Positions 1 to 13,075 of a stretch of DNA of 64,000 nucleotides are shown piece by piece. A model generated the notes under the pieces. It was not told the DNA's origin and did not search any database. It saw only the letters and a program-made list of their open reading frames with translations. The translations under genes and the position numbers were made by a program. Position 1 is the first letter of the stretch, and every line of letters starts with the position of its first letter. This DNA comes from Eledone cirrhosa (taxonomy: Eukaryota). The stretch is taken from contig OZ024740.1 of assembly GCA_964016885.1 (NCBI GenBank), forward strand, positions 171,306,001 to 171,370,000. Reading direction: 5' to 3'.

Positions 1-1242
1 AAGTATTTTAAGTAGTGATGATATCACATCTACCTACCTCAGTACAAGTGTAGATCACAAGACTATATATATATTATACATAAACATAATGAAAATGGAT
101 GCATATATATCTTAATTCTATCTCACAAATATGTGTAAGATCCCTCCAATCCATAAGGGAATTTTCTTAAATATTTATATTCTTTGTCTCACTGGGAGCC
201 CTGATTGATGTGCCTGTAACCTGGTTTGAGCTCACAGCTTATTTGGGGGAAATGTGTGTATGTATGTCTGAAGTTTTATGTAAGAAGTGATGATTAATAT
301 TTTCCCCTTTATTTCCTCTTTTTTCAAATTTAAAGGTGGTTCTCATTAATTAAATACTTAAGTGAAGCAACTCCATATACAGTCAGTCTCCTTAAAATGA
401 TAAGGGTGTGTAAGTTTAAAAGGGCAATTGTTGCCAGGGGCTATATTAAACTATACAGCTGATACTAAGTTTTCAGTAATTTGATAGGGAAACAAGCTAG
501 AGCTGTGCTCTGGTAGAAGATAAAGGAATGGGAATTGATAATGTTTAGCATGTTATCCCAAGTAGTTTATTATATTGTTTGATTAAGGTATATGGATTTT
601 CAAGAATTATTTCTTGTATAATGATATACAATCTAATTTTTATTTCATAAGTTGTACAATCACTTGCAGTTCATTTCCAATTCTGACATTCATCATCATC
701 ACCATCATAATCTTCATTTTAATTCTCCAACCATATAAAGGAAAGTTCTCTTTGTGTAATGTTTATTTTAATTAATTTTGTAAGCTCCTTTAAAATTACT
801 GAAATGTTTATTCTATTTCATTTTGTTTTAACAACCAGCATTTTAAGGTCATTTTCCCATGACAAGCTTCTCTATATTACTCTATCTTCTGCATCTCTCT
901 CACCAACCTCATGGCTTTTATTTTTTTCATTTAACAGTAAACATATATTAGATTATTTTATTTCTTTTGCTTCTTATACCTTAGTTATTTATATTTTATT
1001 TGAAGACATTTTCTTTATTTATTTCTATATAATGTAGACTTGTATGAGATACCTCCAGCATGGTTCAGAATTAACGTTTTTCTTTCTCATATTCAAAATT
1101 TCAAGGTTTCAGTTTACTTTATTTCTGGGCAAAATGTAATAACTTTCACTGCAGCTATGTTCATTTGTAATACTCCTTGCTGTGAAAAGAAATTTTTCAT
1201 TGTTGGTTAAGTGATTTTGTTGAAAAGATATCTTTGCCTCAG

Positions 1243-1363
1243 ATCACTGTTACTTATTCTACAGTTATTACAATAGGTCCATGGATTCCACATTTATGTT
1301 TCACCAAATCACACCTAATACAAGAGTTCTTTCATACTTTTGTTTTTATATTACTTGGAAAGA
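1243..1363 (+). pseudogene. Putative 5' exon of an unrecognised multi-exon gene (possibly degraded)
   Basis: tctttgcctcag acceptor and GA|gtaagt donor; one open frame reads (D)HCYLFYSYYNRSMDSTFMFHQITPNTRVLSYFCFYITWK. Phase does not join cleanly to the next candidate exon. Confidence 0.3.
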
Positions 1364-1843
1364 GTAAGTTAACTTTGGTGTAAATCAGGTTTATTTACAC
1401 AAGGAAAGATCAAATGCAATAATCTTTTGTACATTCTATTGTTGTATGCCACTGTTGCATGTAGAATACAATTGACTTCTCCAATCACCTCAGCCTCACT
1501 ATTGCATCCCTGTTTCATTTATTTATATCTCTTTTATTCCTATCTTATATTGGGATGTATACTTGGCTAAGATAGTTTTCAGTGATTTTTACATTACCCA
1601 TGCAAGGAATTTGATAATTCATAATATATCATTGCAACCTATCCAATATATAACATTTGTTCTTTTTACATCAGCTTCCTTAGAGAATGTAACTATTGCA
1701 GTTAAAATCAACTAATGTAGGTGTTGTTAGGTAGCCAGCATAAAAGCTCCCAAGTTAGCTTTTACAAGCTTCATGATCTATAGCAATAAGTGAGGGATAG
1801 TTTTCATTGGTTTATAGAATGCTTTTACATTACTGCTTCTTAG

Positions 1844-1948
1844 CAAGAAACGAACAAATCATTTGAAATAACTGTGATGGTGTGAGGAGGATTCTAGCTT
1901 ACTTGCTTCTTTTTAATTTCTCCAGCATTTAATACATATAAATATGAG
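1844..1948 (+). pseudogene. Putative exon with in-frame stops, or a 23-nt microexon (1926-1948)
   Basis: Strong GAG|gtaagc donor. From the acceptor at 1843 it reads QETNKSFEITVMV*GGF*LTCFFLISPAFNTYKYE. The alternative acceptor ttttaatttctccag at 1925 gives xFNTYKYE. Confidence 0.3.
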
Positions 1949-2057
1949 GTAAGCTTTCATTTCATTTCAGTTTTCTGCTAAATTTAAAGATTGAATTTCA
2001 AATAAATTAAGTTTCCCAGTTAATGCTTGTAGATCATAAATTATGCTTGTCTAACAG

Positions 2058-2108
2058 GTTGAACTAACCAAGCTTGGTCAAACATACTGACTGTTCCAGG
2101 TGTGTTTG
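2058..2108 (+). pseudogene. Putative exon with 1-nt frameshift
   Basis: cttgtctaacag acceptor, TTG|gtaaag donor. Adding one A (ctaac>ctaaac) gives VELNQAWSNILTVPGVF(G), phase 0 to 1, linking the 1948 donor to exon 3799. Confidence 0.3.
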
Positions 2109-3798
2109 GTAAAGATAGAAATACTGTTATTTTATTATTTGTTAACTCAAAGCTATTTGTTGAAATTTTACACACACACACTTTCTTTCTCTTAGTATAT
2201 TTCTGAAGTAATATTCTTCTTACATTGTGATTTATCTAATCTAACTTCTCTTCACAGTTATCTGTTATGGCTTTGGATTAATTAGGGTAATGTCTGGAAT
2301 CTGGAGGAACTGGTGATGGCTTCCATCAGCCATAGTTAAGCCAAAGGACAGTTTATGCTATATTGATATAGTTCTTTGACAAGAGGATTGAAAGTCAAAT
2401 GTCTTAGGTTTTTACATATTCAACATAGAGTAGAGAAATATCCTGGATCCATTGTGTGTGAAGGTGCATGGACTAGTAGTTAGGGATTCACAATCATAAG
2501 GCTGTAGGTTTCTAGAAAATCTGGCATTGTGAAAACCATACTAGTGGCAATTAATTAGTGAGACTGGTCCAAGGTGTTGCAGAAGATTGTTGTTAATAGT
2601 TGTCGCCATCATTTTTAACATGTGAGTATGACAGGGCAATAGTTAGCGGGGTCAGAGGAGTAACCCTTCTTGGAAATGAGAACACTCTAGCATATTTTCA
2701 AAGATCAGGATACATCTCTATAAAAAGAGAAATCGAAGAGCTTGATGATGTGAACTAGCTCTAAAATTCAATATTTAAGAATAGTGGAAAGGACTGTGTT
2801 GGAGAAGTGGCCTTGTTGGTTGTTTTGATTGGAGGAGATTTACATAATGTGTATAGTGTGGAACTAGATGCAGAGTGGGAAATAAATACAGAAGCTTTCT
2901 CTGAAGAAGAATTACTTAAAGAATTATCATAGTTGAGAAGCCGAAAGGAGGATTCTGCAAGAATAAGGTAGTTTATCATGTTTAGAGACAGTTATGATCT
3001 TCCTTTTGTTGTATTTTAATAAGAAATTAATCTCGTTCATTTGGATATTTTTTGATTTTTTTTACCTTAATAAATCTACCTAATTTTGTTTGTCATTTCT
3101 TTTGTTGTTTTTAACATCCATTTAATTTTTTACTAGTCATATCACATCCTGAGTTTACCTGTCACCATTTCTTTCTGCTTTTCTTGACTTATTATTATTA
3201 GATTTTACTAAGCAGCCTTCAAATGACTTATCATTGCATACTAAAAAAAAATATAGTAAATTACAAATCTTGTCTTTCCTGTATAATCATTTACAAAGTG
3301 ACTGTCACTGAGTAATATTTCTAATTCTAGTAAAATAAGAGCTAGTATTGTTGCCATATAATTATCTATTTTGCAAAACTGAGCAGTTAATTTCAGCCCT
3401 AAGGGCTATCATTTTCCATGATATTTTGTATGATTTTATTTACTTTACTTTGTATACTTGTTGCTTATGCTTTTAAAATATGTTTTATCTACCATTTCTG
3501 TTGTATAATTCATCTAATTACTTCACATATGTCTTGTTACTGGTACTAACATTGATCCTGCTATATAAATCCTAAAATCAACTTGACAATGGATTAACTT
3601 ATAATTGGTACCTGAAGTAGCTGAATCTGAATTCTGTTTACAAATCTACTTTTCTTGCTATCCATTGTTATAATATAGTAAAAGTAACTTAAAACCGGTT
3701 AAAGCTATGTTATAGGATACCATGATTTAGCACATCAGAAATTAGCAAGTTTATGTATGATACACAGTCTATAAAATTATGTTTTTATATCTATCTAG

Positions 3799-3877
3799 GA
3801 TACAAACCCCATCCCTTTTCAGCATCAGCATCACCACTGTGTATATTCATGTATCCGTGGATACAACAAGGTTATAA
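3799..3877 (+). CDS. Putative internal coding exon, unknown protein
   Basis: ttttatatctatctag acceptor, AA|gtaaat donor; phase 1 to 2, (G)YKPHPFSASASPLCIFMYPWIQQGY(K); joins in frame to 5752. Confidence 0.45.
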
Positions 3878-5751
3878 GTAAATTTATCTTGAAAGGAAAT
3901 GTCGGAAGCTTACCTATACAATGGTGCTGTTTTCTGTAAAGTTTTGTAACTAAAAACAAAAATAAAGTTTCAGTTCTGGCAAATGTACAGATTACTCTCC
4001 TACTCTGCTGTAGGTCCACTGCTGATGAATGAGCTATGTGCTGTTAAATATTACAACACATTGGATATTTGTGAAAATCTCAATGAGTCTATATTATTTG
4101 ATTACCACAATTTCCACTTGCAAATTAGTTGATGGAAAAAGCACAACCAAGTGATGCTTTGTTGACATTGTTTTCAACATCTTAACTCAACAGTTTTAAT
4201 TTACTTTCTATAGAAGTAAATTACATGACTTTTGTTCTAATTGGATTATATTTTGTCTTATGTTGGAGATTTATGTTTCTAAATACACTTTACTAGTTTT
4301 AACTTAGCATTTATTTAGGGATATCAAACTGACTTCAACAATTGTTGATCCTCTAGAAAGTTCAGATCCACCTCACATTAGAGTGCTGCTCACATATCTG
4401 AATTGTGCTACTACATACATAAATATCCAAATAAAATCTATTAACTGATTAACAAAGACTTGCTCAAATACACAACTATTTGGAGGCCTTTAGTAATATA
4501 ACCATATGTGTCATTATTAAGTTGTTGTTTTGAATATTGGAACATAATTTAACAAAATCTCTTAGATAATATGATAGAAGGTTTTTAGATCAATATAAAC
4601 ACTTTAAAACAAGCAGTTTTATTGTAGAGCCAAGAGTGGTTTTGTGTGGTTTAATATCAAAGGGGTAAATCACTATCACAAATGTTTTTTCTCAGAACTA
4701 CTTCATTTCAATTCAGTCCAAACACACCCACTGCACCTAGATAATCTCATCTTGTTATCCCTATTGTTCCACTCCTCTAAACACCTTTCTAATCGATCCT
4801 CCTCAGAACGGCTTCTTTCTTGTAGCCTTTCTTTTCCTACTGGCACTAACCTATAGATGTTTAAGCTGAGTATCATCTACGTCAGTCTCATCAGACTTTG
4901 AACAAAAACAAACATTTTGGATGATTTCCTTCCACTGGCATAAAAAATGGTTTGGTTTCTATAAACATACCTGATTTGTGGGCGGGGAGCTTAGGCATTA
5001 TTTCTGGAGAGAAAGAAAATTGCTTATAACAAGGGGCAACTTTCTTTGAACGAAACAATCATGGCTGATTGAGGTTAATACATTTGCTATAAAGTTTGAA
5101 AAACAGAGGTTGCTATAATTAAAAATAGGGCACAATGATTGAAAGATTATGTATGTTGTTGCAGTTTTCATTTCAAATTGTTCTATGCTGTTAATGTTGT
5201 GCCAGTATGGAAGGATATGTGGTTCTTCTTACCCCAGACTGCTGTAATGAGAACAGGTATCATCATCATAGAAAAAATTAGAATAGTTTCAACAATGAGC
5301 ATTTAGTTGTTCCATCATCTGGATTATCTACTCATTGAATTAACATATAAGTGGTTGAGTATTCCGCAGACATGTGTTCCCTTAACATAAATTTCAGGTC
5401 AAATCAGTGTGACACAATAAATTGTTTCCCAATTTCACTCACAAGGCTTCGGCAATCCAAGTGTGTGTTAAAAGACACAGTGGAATTTCATCTGGGACTT
5501 CATGATTATAAAACAAACTCCGTTACCAATTAGCCTACTTTCTTTTTCCTCATATTTGTTTTGTGAATAACATAAAAATATTTTAGCTTTTCATTTTCCT
5601 CCACCAAAGAATTCTTGGAGGTCAATGTAAAAATTCTGTTATTATGAATAGTCTTTCTATATTGAACTTGTTTACTTTTATATATGACCAAATAATTTTG
5701 AATCTCCTTTTTAAAGGGTTCATTTTCCCTTCTCTCATTTTATTTTTTCAG

Positions 5752-5805
5752 GAATCCTTCGTTGTTAAAAAATGGAATATCATCCAGTGTTACTGGGATA
5801 AATTA
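5752..5805 (+). CDS. Putative internal coding exon (54 nt)
   Basis: Long pyrimidine tract ending ttttttcag, TA|gtaagt donor; phase 2 to 2, NPSLLKNGISSSVTGIN(Y). Confidence 0.55.
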
Positions 5806-5959
5806 GTAAGTACACAGAATTTAAAGTAATTTTTACCTCTTTGATATCCCACAGAAAATTGGAAACTGATATTTTGAAGTGTAATTTGAGCATGTTTTAG
5901 TTTCTTTTTTTTATTCTGCTATTTATTTTATTTTTTATTTAGCTTAATTATCTTTTATT

Positions 5960-6250
5960 CTTTTACTGGTTTCAGTCATTTCATTTAGTTGATTTTATCA
6001 ACCTCAGTACATATTTTTATCAATTTTGTACTTATTTTATTGATATCCTTTTTATCCAACTGCTAAGTTATAGGAAATAAACACAAATACAGATACACAC
6101 ACACATATATCATGGGTTTCTGCAGTATCTGTCTAACAAAAATTCACTCACTTGAGGTTATAGTATGACACTTTCTCAAGGCACCATACAATGATAACCC
6201 CCAAATCACGTGGTTATAAAGCAAACTTCTTAACCACACAGCCATGACTG
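5960..6250 (-). mobile_element. Degenerate SINE family C (tRNA-like head; 3' part tttcagtcatt...ccccagtac...ttatttat)
   Basis: Shares blocks with 11340-11715 and 56215-56540; ends in the reverse complement of a tggctgtgtggttaagaag head. Confidence 0.6.
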
Positions 6251-6795
6251 CCTATATTTGACTGCTACTAAATATTTTCCTTTTCAATTTTAATTGACTT
6301 TACATTGGTAAAATGAAAATCATCAACTAAGATAGTCTTCCAGATATTTATGTCAGCTATCATAAAGTTGTATAAATGAAGGCAAAAATGCTTACATAAA
6401 TCAGATCATTTAAGAAATTTAATATTTGAAATCAGACTGTCACTACATTGGTTTCGTTAGCACTACCACTCTACAACATCTCCACATTATTGTAGCTATT
6501 CATTGTAGAGTTCAAATACATGATGGCTCAAGAAGACTTAGTCATGTAAGGAAAGGGGGCATAATTTATCAATGCCATGTAATTTTTATTAGCACAGAAG
6601 AAAAATGTTGTTTATATTGTTTTATCATTTTTGGTTATCATTGTATTAGTGTTTTTCTTGCAGAATAACTAACTCTTAAGAGATGCAGACTACCTTTTTT
6701 AAATACTTCAGTATCATACTTCTAATAATCACGAATTTGAAGGGATTTAGTAATATAACTAACTTCCTTCTTATTAAGCCGGTTTTGGGAACAAT

Positions 6796-7028
6796 TTAAC
6801 CCTTTTGTTGTTATATTTCTAATGAAATATGCAATATTTGAATTAATGAAGAATTTGAAGCAATTTACTAAAATTATTCATTTCATTTAGATGGTAATTT
6901 GTACATAACTTAACAAAACATAAAAATATGCTGAAAGGTTTTAACTTATATAGGAATCTCTTAATATGAGCAGTTTGGTTTCATAGAAAGAAAGGCAGTT
7001 TAGAACAGGTTGGTATCAAAAGGGTTAA
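6796..7028. mobile_element. piggyBac-like MITE nested in another copy of the same family
   Basis: TTAA-CCCTTTTG...CAAAAGGG-TTAA termini; flanks (about 6730-6795 and 7029-7149) are the two halves of a homologous element split at an internal TTAA. Confidence 0.75.
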
Positions 7029-7767
7029 CAAAAGTTCTTACATAAAATTATAAGTGAAGGTTTTTAGATAAATAGAAACACTTTAAAATAAATAATTTGT
7101 TTCATCAAACCAGGGGTAATTTTAGACAGTCTTGTATCAGAAGGATTAAACTGGACAAATATTCTGATCAGTTAGCAAGCTGAATAATTCTTGTATTTTC
7201 ATGTGTTTCAGACACACTTGAATGGTAGAAATCAGATTGTTGTATAAATGTTTTTGTTGCTGCTCTTTAGCCTCACATCAATCATGATCAAGAACATCTG
7301 ATAAACATTTTTCTACTATGACCATCGCATATTTCCAAGTATAGCATATCTAGGACTACACTATCCTATATGTCAACTTGTGTTTTATGACAATAGCAGT
7401 AATTTGAGGGAGTTTTCACTGCTAGTTCTAGTAAATTGAGTGACCAAGTAGCAGCTTCTTCATTGGCTCGTATAAATTGAAAGAGCGTTTCATTTTATTT
7501 TCAAGCATAGTGTATCTTATGCAATATAGCTTTGTTTCATGATGATAGCATGTTAAACAAGCATGTAGAGGCTTCATCATTGGCCCATTGTTGTATAAAT
7601 TCAAATATTAGGTGCAAGATACATGATAGGAACTACTTGGTTTCTGACAAAATATTTATGTAGCTAACAAAAAGGATTTCCCATTTTTATTGACATTATC
7701 AGTCTTACCTATCTTTAGTTAGTTATTTCTGAGACTTAAAAACAAGCCATAAATTTTGGATAGATTA

Positions 7768-7771
<4 letters not shown>

Positions 7772-7806
<35 letters not shown>

Positions 7807-7855
7807 ATAGATAGATAGATTTAAGTCATTGCAAGTCATTGCAAGTCATTGCAAG
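7772..7855. repeat. (TA)n-(GATA)n microsatellite plus (AAGTCATTGC)x3
   Basis: Seen directly. Confidence 0.9.
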
Positions 7856-7925
7856 TTAACAAGTTGCTTGGCCTTGACAATTCTAGATGGTGAGAAGAAA
7901 ATATCTATTTTAAACTGTTTTTCAG

Positions 7926-7970
7926 CAGCTTCACTTACACTGTAGGAACAAAAAATAATTTACTTGCCTG
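7926..7970 (+). CDS. Putative internal coding exon (45 nt)
   Basis: ctgtttttcag acceptor, CTG|gtaaaa donor; only the phase-2 frame is open, SFTYTVGTKNNLLA, matching the preceding exon. Confidence 0.45.
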
Positions 7971-8786
7971 GTAAAAAGGAATGTTATTGTATTGTTTAGT
8001 GTGGTTTTCTTCTTATTTCTCCTAAAATTTGTTAACTTTTTAATTATTTAAAAATCTCAATAAGCAACAAACTTAGTGCTCTCTTATGGTAGATGTCAAC
8101 TTAGAATAACTTGTTCTACGTCTGTCAGTAATTTCAGTCTTTTAAAAGGAAAAGCTGTTGCTGCACCTTTTATGTTGACAGCAAACATATTAACTTATTA
8201 ACAATATGGTTAGGAGGGTTGGAGGAATATTTCAGTGGAGCATTCTGCATACTAAGTACAAATGTGTTAGGGTTTCACATATGTAATATAGTGAATTGAA
8301 AAGCTTCAATCTACTAAGCAGTTTGTAGACAGTTGTTTAAACATCATTCTTTCCCTTCTCAGATGGCCTGTGAAGGCCATGGAGACTGCCTTTACCTTTC
8401 TTCTAAAACTATCAAATAAAAAAAAAAAGACAAAAATTTGTTGCAGAATTGTTTCAAATTTAAAACCAACATCAAGGGAAAAAACTTTAATAAGATCAGT
8501 TGATAACAAATTTAGAACTATAGAGATTGGAGTAGATCTGATCTTTAAAACCTACTGGTGAAAGCAACAGGCATGTTCCAAATTTATTAGTCCTCCTCAA
8601 TGAAGCAAACTTTACTGAGTTTGTAAGACTATTAGAAATAGATGAATATCAAAGATGTGACTGAAAGAAAATACCTTAAAGTTGTATTTTGGATAAAGTA
8701 ACCTGAAAACATTAATCAATTGCAGTTGATCTTATTGGAGTTATCTTCTTTCATTGTTGTTTTTTTATATATTTTTAACAGCCCTC

Positions 8787-8844
8787 ATCAACTAGGATTA
8801 TCCAAACAATTTACTCAGTGATTGTTTGGACGATCCTAGTTGAT
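8787..8844. other. 58-nt near-perfect hairpin
   Basis: atcaactaggattatccaaacaat / attgtttggacgatcctagttgat: 22 of 24 Watson-Crick pairs, short loop. Confidence 0.85.
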
Positions 8845-10097
8845 CAAAGTTTATCAACTCACCTACTGAATTTCTATTAACTTAATGAATTCTCTAAAAT
8901 CAGAAACTAATATACTCTCAATTGGATTTCACTTTTTTACATATTCCTCAGAGTATAGTGGAAATGGTTTATTGTACAGCAGCACTAACCTACTAAATTC
9001 TTTACAATATTTGGCTTCATTTCTTGGAGTTTGGATCTCACTGAGGGTAACTTTAACTTCATCTTTCCAATACAGCTGTCATTGAATCATCAGCTATAGT
9101 CCTTTTCACAAAATCTCTTTACTGCCTAAAAAAGAAATGACCATTGATTTCTCTTGACAAGTCCAAAGTCCAAATTCTTTTTCACAACAGATTCCCTCCC
9201 AGTGTGAATTGTGTTTAGGAAAGCAAGGAACTAACTGGCTACAGTGTTTTCCTTTTATTTATTTATTTATTTATTTATTTTGTGTGTGCATGTGTAGCCA
9301 GTCCCAAGCCCAGTTGACAAATGTAGGGCTGGCCATGGTATTGGGATACCATGGCTGTAAGAAAGAAGACTGATGAATTCAATGACAAAGCATTGGATGG
9401 AAAAGGATGATGTGTAAAGTCATCAACACCAGCTGGCAGGATGATGCCCATGGTCATTATGTCAAGTCAAGTGTGTGTATGTTTTATAAGGAGTACATTT
9501 TCTTGTGCTGTCACTACAAGATCAAAATCACAGTCTATACTTTCCATGAAATGTTCAATTACCATCAAACACATTTACACCAACATACTGAAAACACTAT
9601 TGAGGCACCTCAAGATGCTTAGACTATAGTGCTGCTCTCCATATCATAAACCATCTCCTGTCAGAGTACACAATGTGGTAGAGCAGACCATAATCTTGAA
9701 TATCCAATCATTTAACCAACTACACACATGTCAAAGTTCTGCTTTCACAGGAAAAACAAAGGTTACATAGCAACAAAACATTTTAATAAATCACTCAGTC
9801 TTGTGATATGCTGTCTTGGTCAGCTCTTCCACTTTAAATAAAGAATTTATTTTTAATATTCTCTTTAACAGGGGCCATAGTACCACATTCAGTTCTTGGT
9901 GAAAGAAAACCATAGTCTAGTTTGAACTGCTCCATTTCATTTATTACTATTGCTTTTGGATTAAGTATGAACATCACAATTTGTCATTTCCTACCCTTTA
10001 AACGTATTCACTATTATTCCTCTAGAAGAAACCCAATCAGTCAATTTTACATCAGACTATAGAGAACTCATCTACTACTGCTATAAAGTTTATTTAT

Positions 10098-10310
10098 CGG
10101 TGGATTGGCAGTATCGGTAGATCATTGGACAACATACTTTGCGACATATAGTTTCGGTCCTTTATGTTCTGAGTTCAAATCTCGCTAAGATTTACTTTGC
10201 CTTTCATACTTACGGGGTCGATAAAATAAAGCACCAGTAATGCACTGGGGTCGATTTAATCGACTTTCCCCTCCCCTTCAAACTGCTGGTCTTGTGCCTA
10301 AAGTAGAAAT
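10098..10310 (+). mobile_element. tRNA-derived SINE family A (long variant)
   Basis: A box tggcagtatcgg, B box gagttcaaatc, body tttgcctttcat...ggggtcgataaaataaag, tail gtgcctaaagtagaaa; many copies in window. Confidence 0.85.
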
Positions 10311-11339
10311 CCTTATATCGTATTTTCATCCTGCATCAAAGAAATTAAGTATCTGAAATAATTATCTAGTTTAACTTACTTGACTATTCCCTCTCCTGAT
10401 AGATAAAGGTTGGGTTCTTATCTGTAAGTCACTACCATTAGAAACACCATTGCCTTGGGAGTTTTGTGCTTTGCTCCCATTGGGTTGGACTGTTAAGGGG
10501 AAAATACACTTACTTATGGTTTAATGTCTATATGTAGAGTAAGCTTTGTGGGCCACAGCTGCATGCAAATAATATTTCTTTGCATGATATTGTGTGTGTA
10601 GACACACACATTTGTATTTGTGTATCCATACATATTGTTTTAAGTATCCCTGTATCGATATTAAATATTTTGCATGTCGGATTGCTTCTTTGTTTTGGAG
10701 GCCTACACAAAATTAGAATTGTACAAATTGTTTTAAAAAAGACAGCATTTATTTTAAGCTGTATATATTTTGAATAAGTTCTAACACCTATATCCAGTAT
10801 TTCCTGGATACCACAAGAAAACTAATTATATTTATCAAGATAATCTTCTGATTTACATAAACAAAAATAATTACCAGTCTTTAAAATGGTAGTGCCATGA
10901 TAAAAAAAGAAGTCAGGACACTCTGTTAAGTAGTTGACATTAGGAAGGGGATCCAACCATAGAAACTATACCAGAAATGGAACATATCAGCACAACAGGT
11001 ACTCCAACCCATACCAGCAAGGATGTAAAATAATTATGATGATGAATAACTATAAATGAATTTCTTTATCTTAAGAATATATCTCTGTTAGTTGCTATGT
11101 GAAAGTGGATGTTAGTACTATTTGTGTTCTGAATTCTACCCCAATAGATTACTGGTGCAAATCTGGTGAAAATTGACCTTTACTCAACATAGATTAGACA
11201 AAATGGCAAAGCAAAATTGTTTTCCTCTGAAAATTTTCTTTCAAACTCTCATTTTAAATTGGTAATATTTCATTTTAGAATATTTTAACTATACTTTTGA
11301 ATATAAAATATATGTGTGTGTTCAAATTAGTTAGTAACA

Positions 11340-11715
11340 ATATACTTTTTATTCCTTTACTAGTTTCAGTCATTAGACTGTTATCATCTTGGAACACTGT
11401 AATGAAGGGACTTTTAATCAATTATATCAACCCCAGTACTCATTTGCTCAAGTCTAGTGCTTATTTTATTGATCTCTTTTTTTTTTTTTTTTGTCAAACT
11501 AATAAGTTACAGGACATGTATTGCAAAGATAAATGCAAGCACCAACACATCCATATATGTGATGGGCTTCCACATAGTTTCTGTTTACCGAGTTTCATTC
11601 ATAAGGCATTGGTGCACCTGAGGCTATAGTACAAGACAATTACTTAAGGTGCTTCACAGTGGAACTGAACCCAAAACCATATGGTTAAGAAACATATTCC
11701 TTGATCACACAACCA
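11340..11715 (-). mobile_element. SINE family C
   Basis: Homologous to 5960-6250 and 56215-56540. Confidence 0.6.
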
Positions 11716-11771
11716 ATATTTCTTAATATTTTTCATAAAATGGTAAGGGTTGTATTATACTCAAAAATATT

Positions 11772-12160
11772 GGAGGCACATGGCTTAGTGGTTAGAGCAT
11801 TCGCCTTGCAATCGAAAGGTTGTGAGTTCAATTCTCAGACCGAGTGATGTGTTGTTTCCTTGAGCAAGACACTTTATTTCACATTGCTCCAGTTTACTCA
11901 GCTGTAGAAATGAGATGATAGGGACTGGGGTCCATATCATTCCACTGCAAAGTGGTCATGGAGGTGCCACGGCAAAAAGACCCCAGCCTACACTGTAAAA
12001 GTGGACGTGTAGGCGCCCCAGAAAAAAAGCACTCAGCACTCACTGTAAATGAGGTTGGTGTTAGGAAGGGCATCCAGCTGTAGAAATCAAGCCAGAATCA
12101 GTTCCCATCCCACCCTTGCAAGCAGGGAAAAGCGGATGTAAAATGATGATAAAATGATGA
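11772..12160 (+). mobile_element. tRNA-derived SINE family B with RTE-type 3' tail
   Basis: A box tggcttagtgg, B box gagttcaattc, central ccttgagcaagacactt block, 3' part matching the RTE 3' region, (ATG)n tail; near-identical copy at 59483. Confidence 0.9.
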
Positions 12161-12800
12161 ATACTTGTTAACTATACTGTTGGTCCAAACTGGTGCTGCA
12201 TTTGGTTAAAATATTGCAAGTACACATATAAGGTTTTATGGTCGTCTTGCTTGAACCTCCTGATCTTTTCTGCATTGATTCTGAAGAATCTACCAATCAA
12301 AATGTGATCAGAATAAAACCAAACATTACCAGCTTGTATCAAATCTAGGTATCCTTATCTCAACACCAGTCATTATTAGTTAGCCAAAGGAGTGGCTTGA
12401 CAGAAATCATCAAACAAATGTCTTGTGGTATTTGTTCCAGCCCTTTCTCATCTTTATAGCCAATAAAATAAATGTACCAGTTGTTCATCTATTGTTCTCT
12501 GCCCAACAAATTTCTGGTCTTGTGCTTATGTAAAAAATTATTTTTAGTTACCTATTTGGTGTACTATGGGCTCGTCACATAGCTCTTTTTATCTAAGTTG
12601 CTTGCTTGGTTGACAAGCTACTCTCTTAATTTAATGATAGGTACAACACATAGCTTTGAAAATAATTGCAATAATCCTATGTAAAAGAAAATATATGTAA
12701 AACAACATGCAGTTATTTTTGAGGAATGGCCATGCCAAAGACATTACAATTCTTTAATTAATGCACTTATTCCATTTTGTGAACTTTATTCTTAATGCAG

Positions 12801-12838
12801 CCTTACTTTACACCATGTACTTCATATGAGTACAATAT
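12801..12838 (+). CDS. Putative internal coding exon (38 nt)
   Basis: tttattcttaatgcag acceptor, AT|gtatgt donor; phase 0 to 2, PYFTPCTSYEYN(I); joins in frame to 18159. Confidence 0.4.
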
Positions 12839-13075
12839 GTATGTAACAGCTTTTGTATATATTGCTTTAAGTATCTATCACCAGCATGTTATATATTTTA
12901 AGCACACATGCATGCATCTGTGTGTGTGTGTGTGTGTGTACATATATATATATATATATATACATACACATACATACATATACACCCTAACTGATGTATA
13001 TATTAACAAATTGTTATACATATGTTGTGCATTTTAACAAACTTATTTTTGTATACTCATTCAATTATGTATTAT

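Noticed and set aside
5775-7945. Resemblance of GISSSVTGINYSF to CLN5 GFRSTLTGKNYT
   Set aside because: Similarity does not extend to flanking residues; no gene symbol assigned.
11772-11845. tRNA gene
   Set aside because: A and B boxes continue into a repeated SINE body; no proper acceptor stem. The same applies to all SINE heads.
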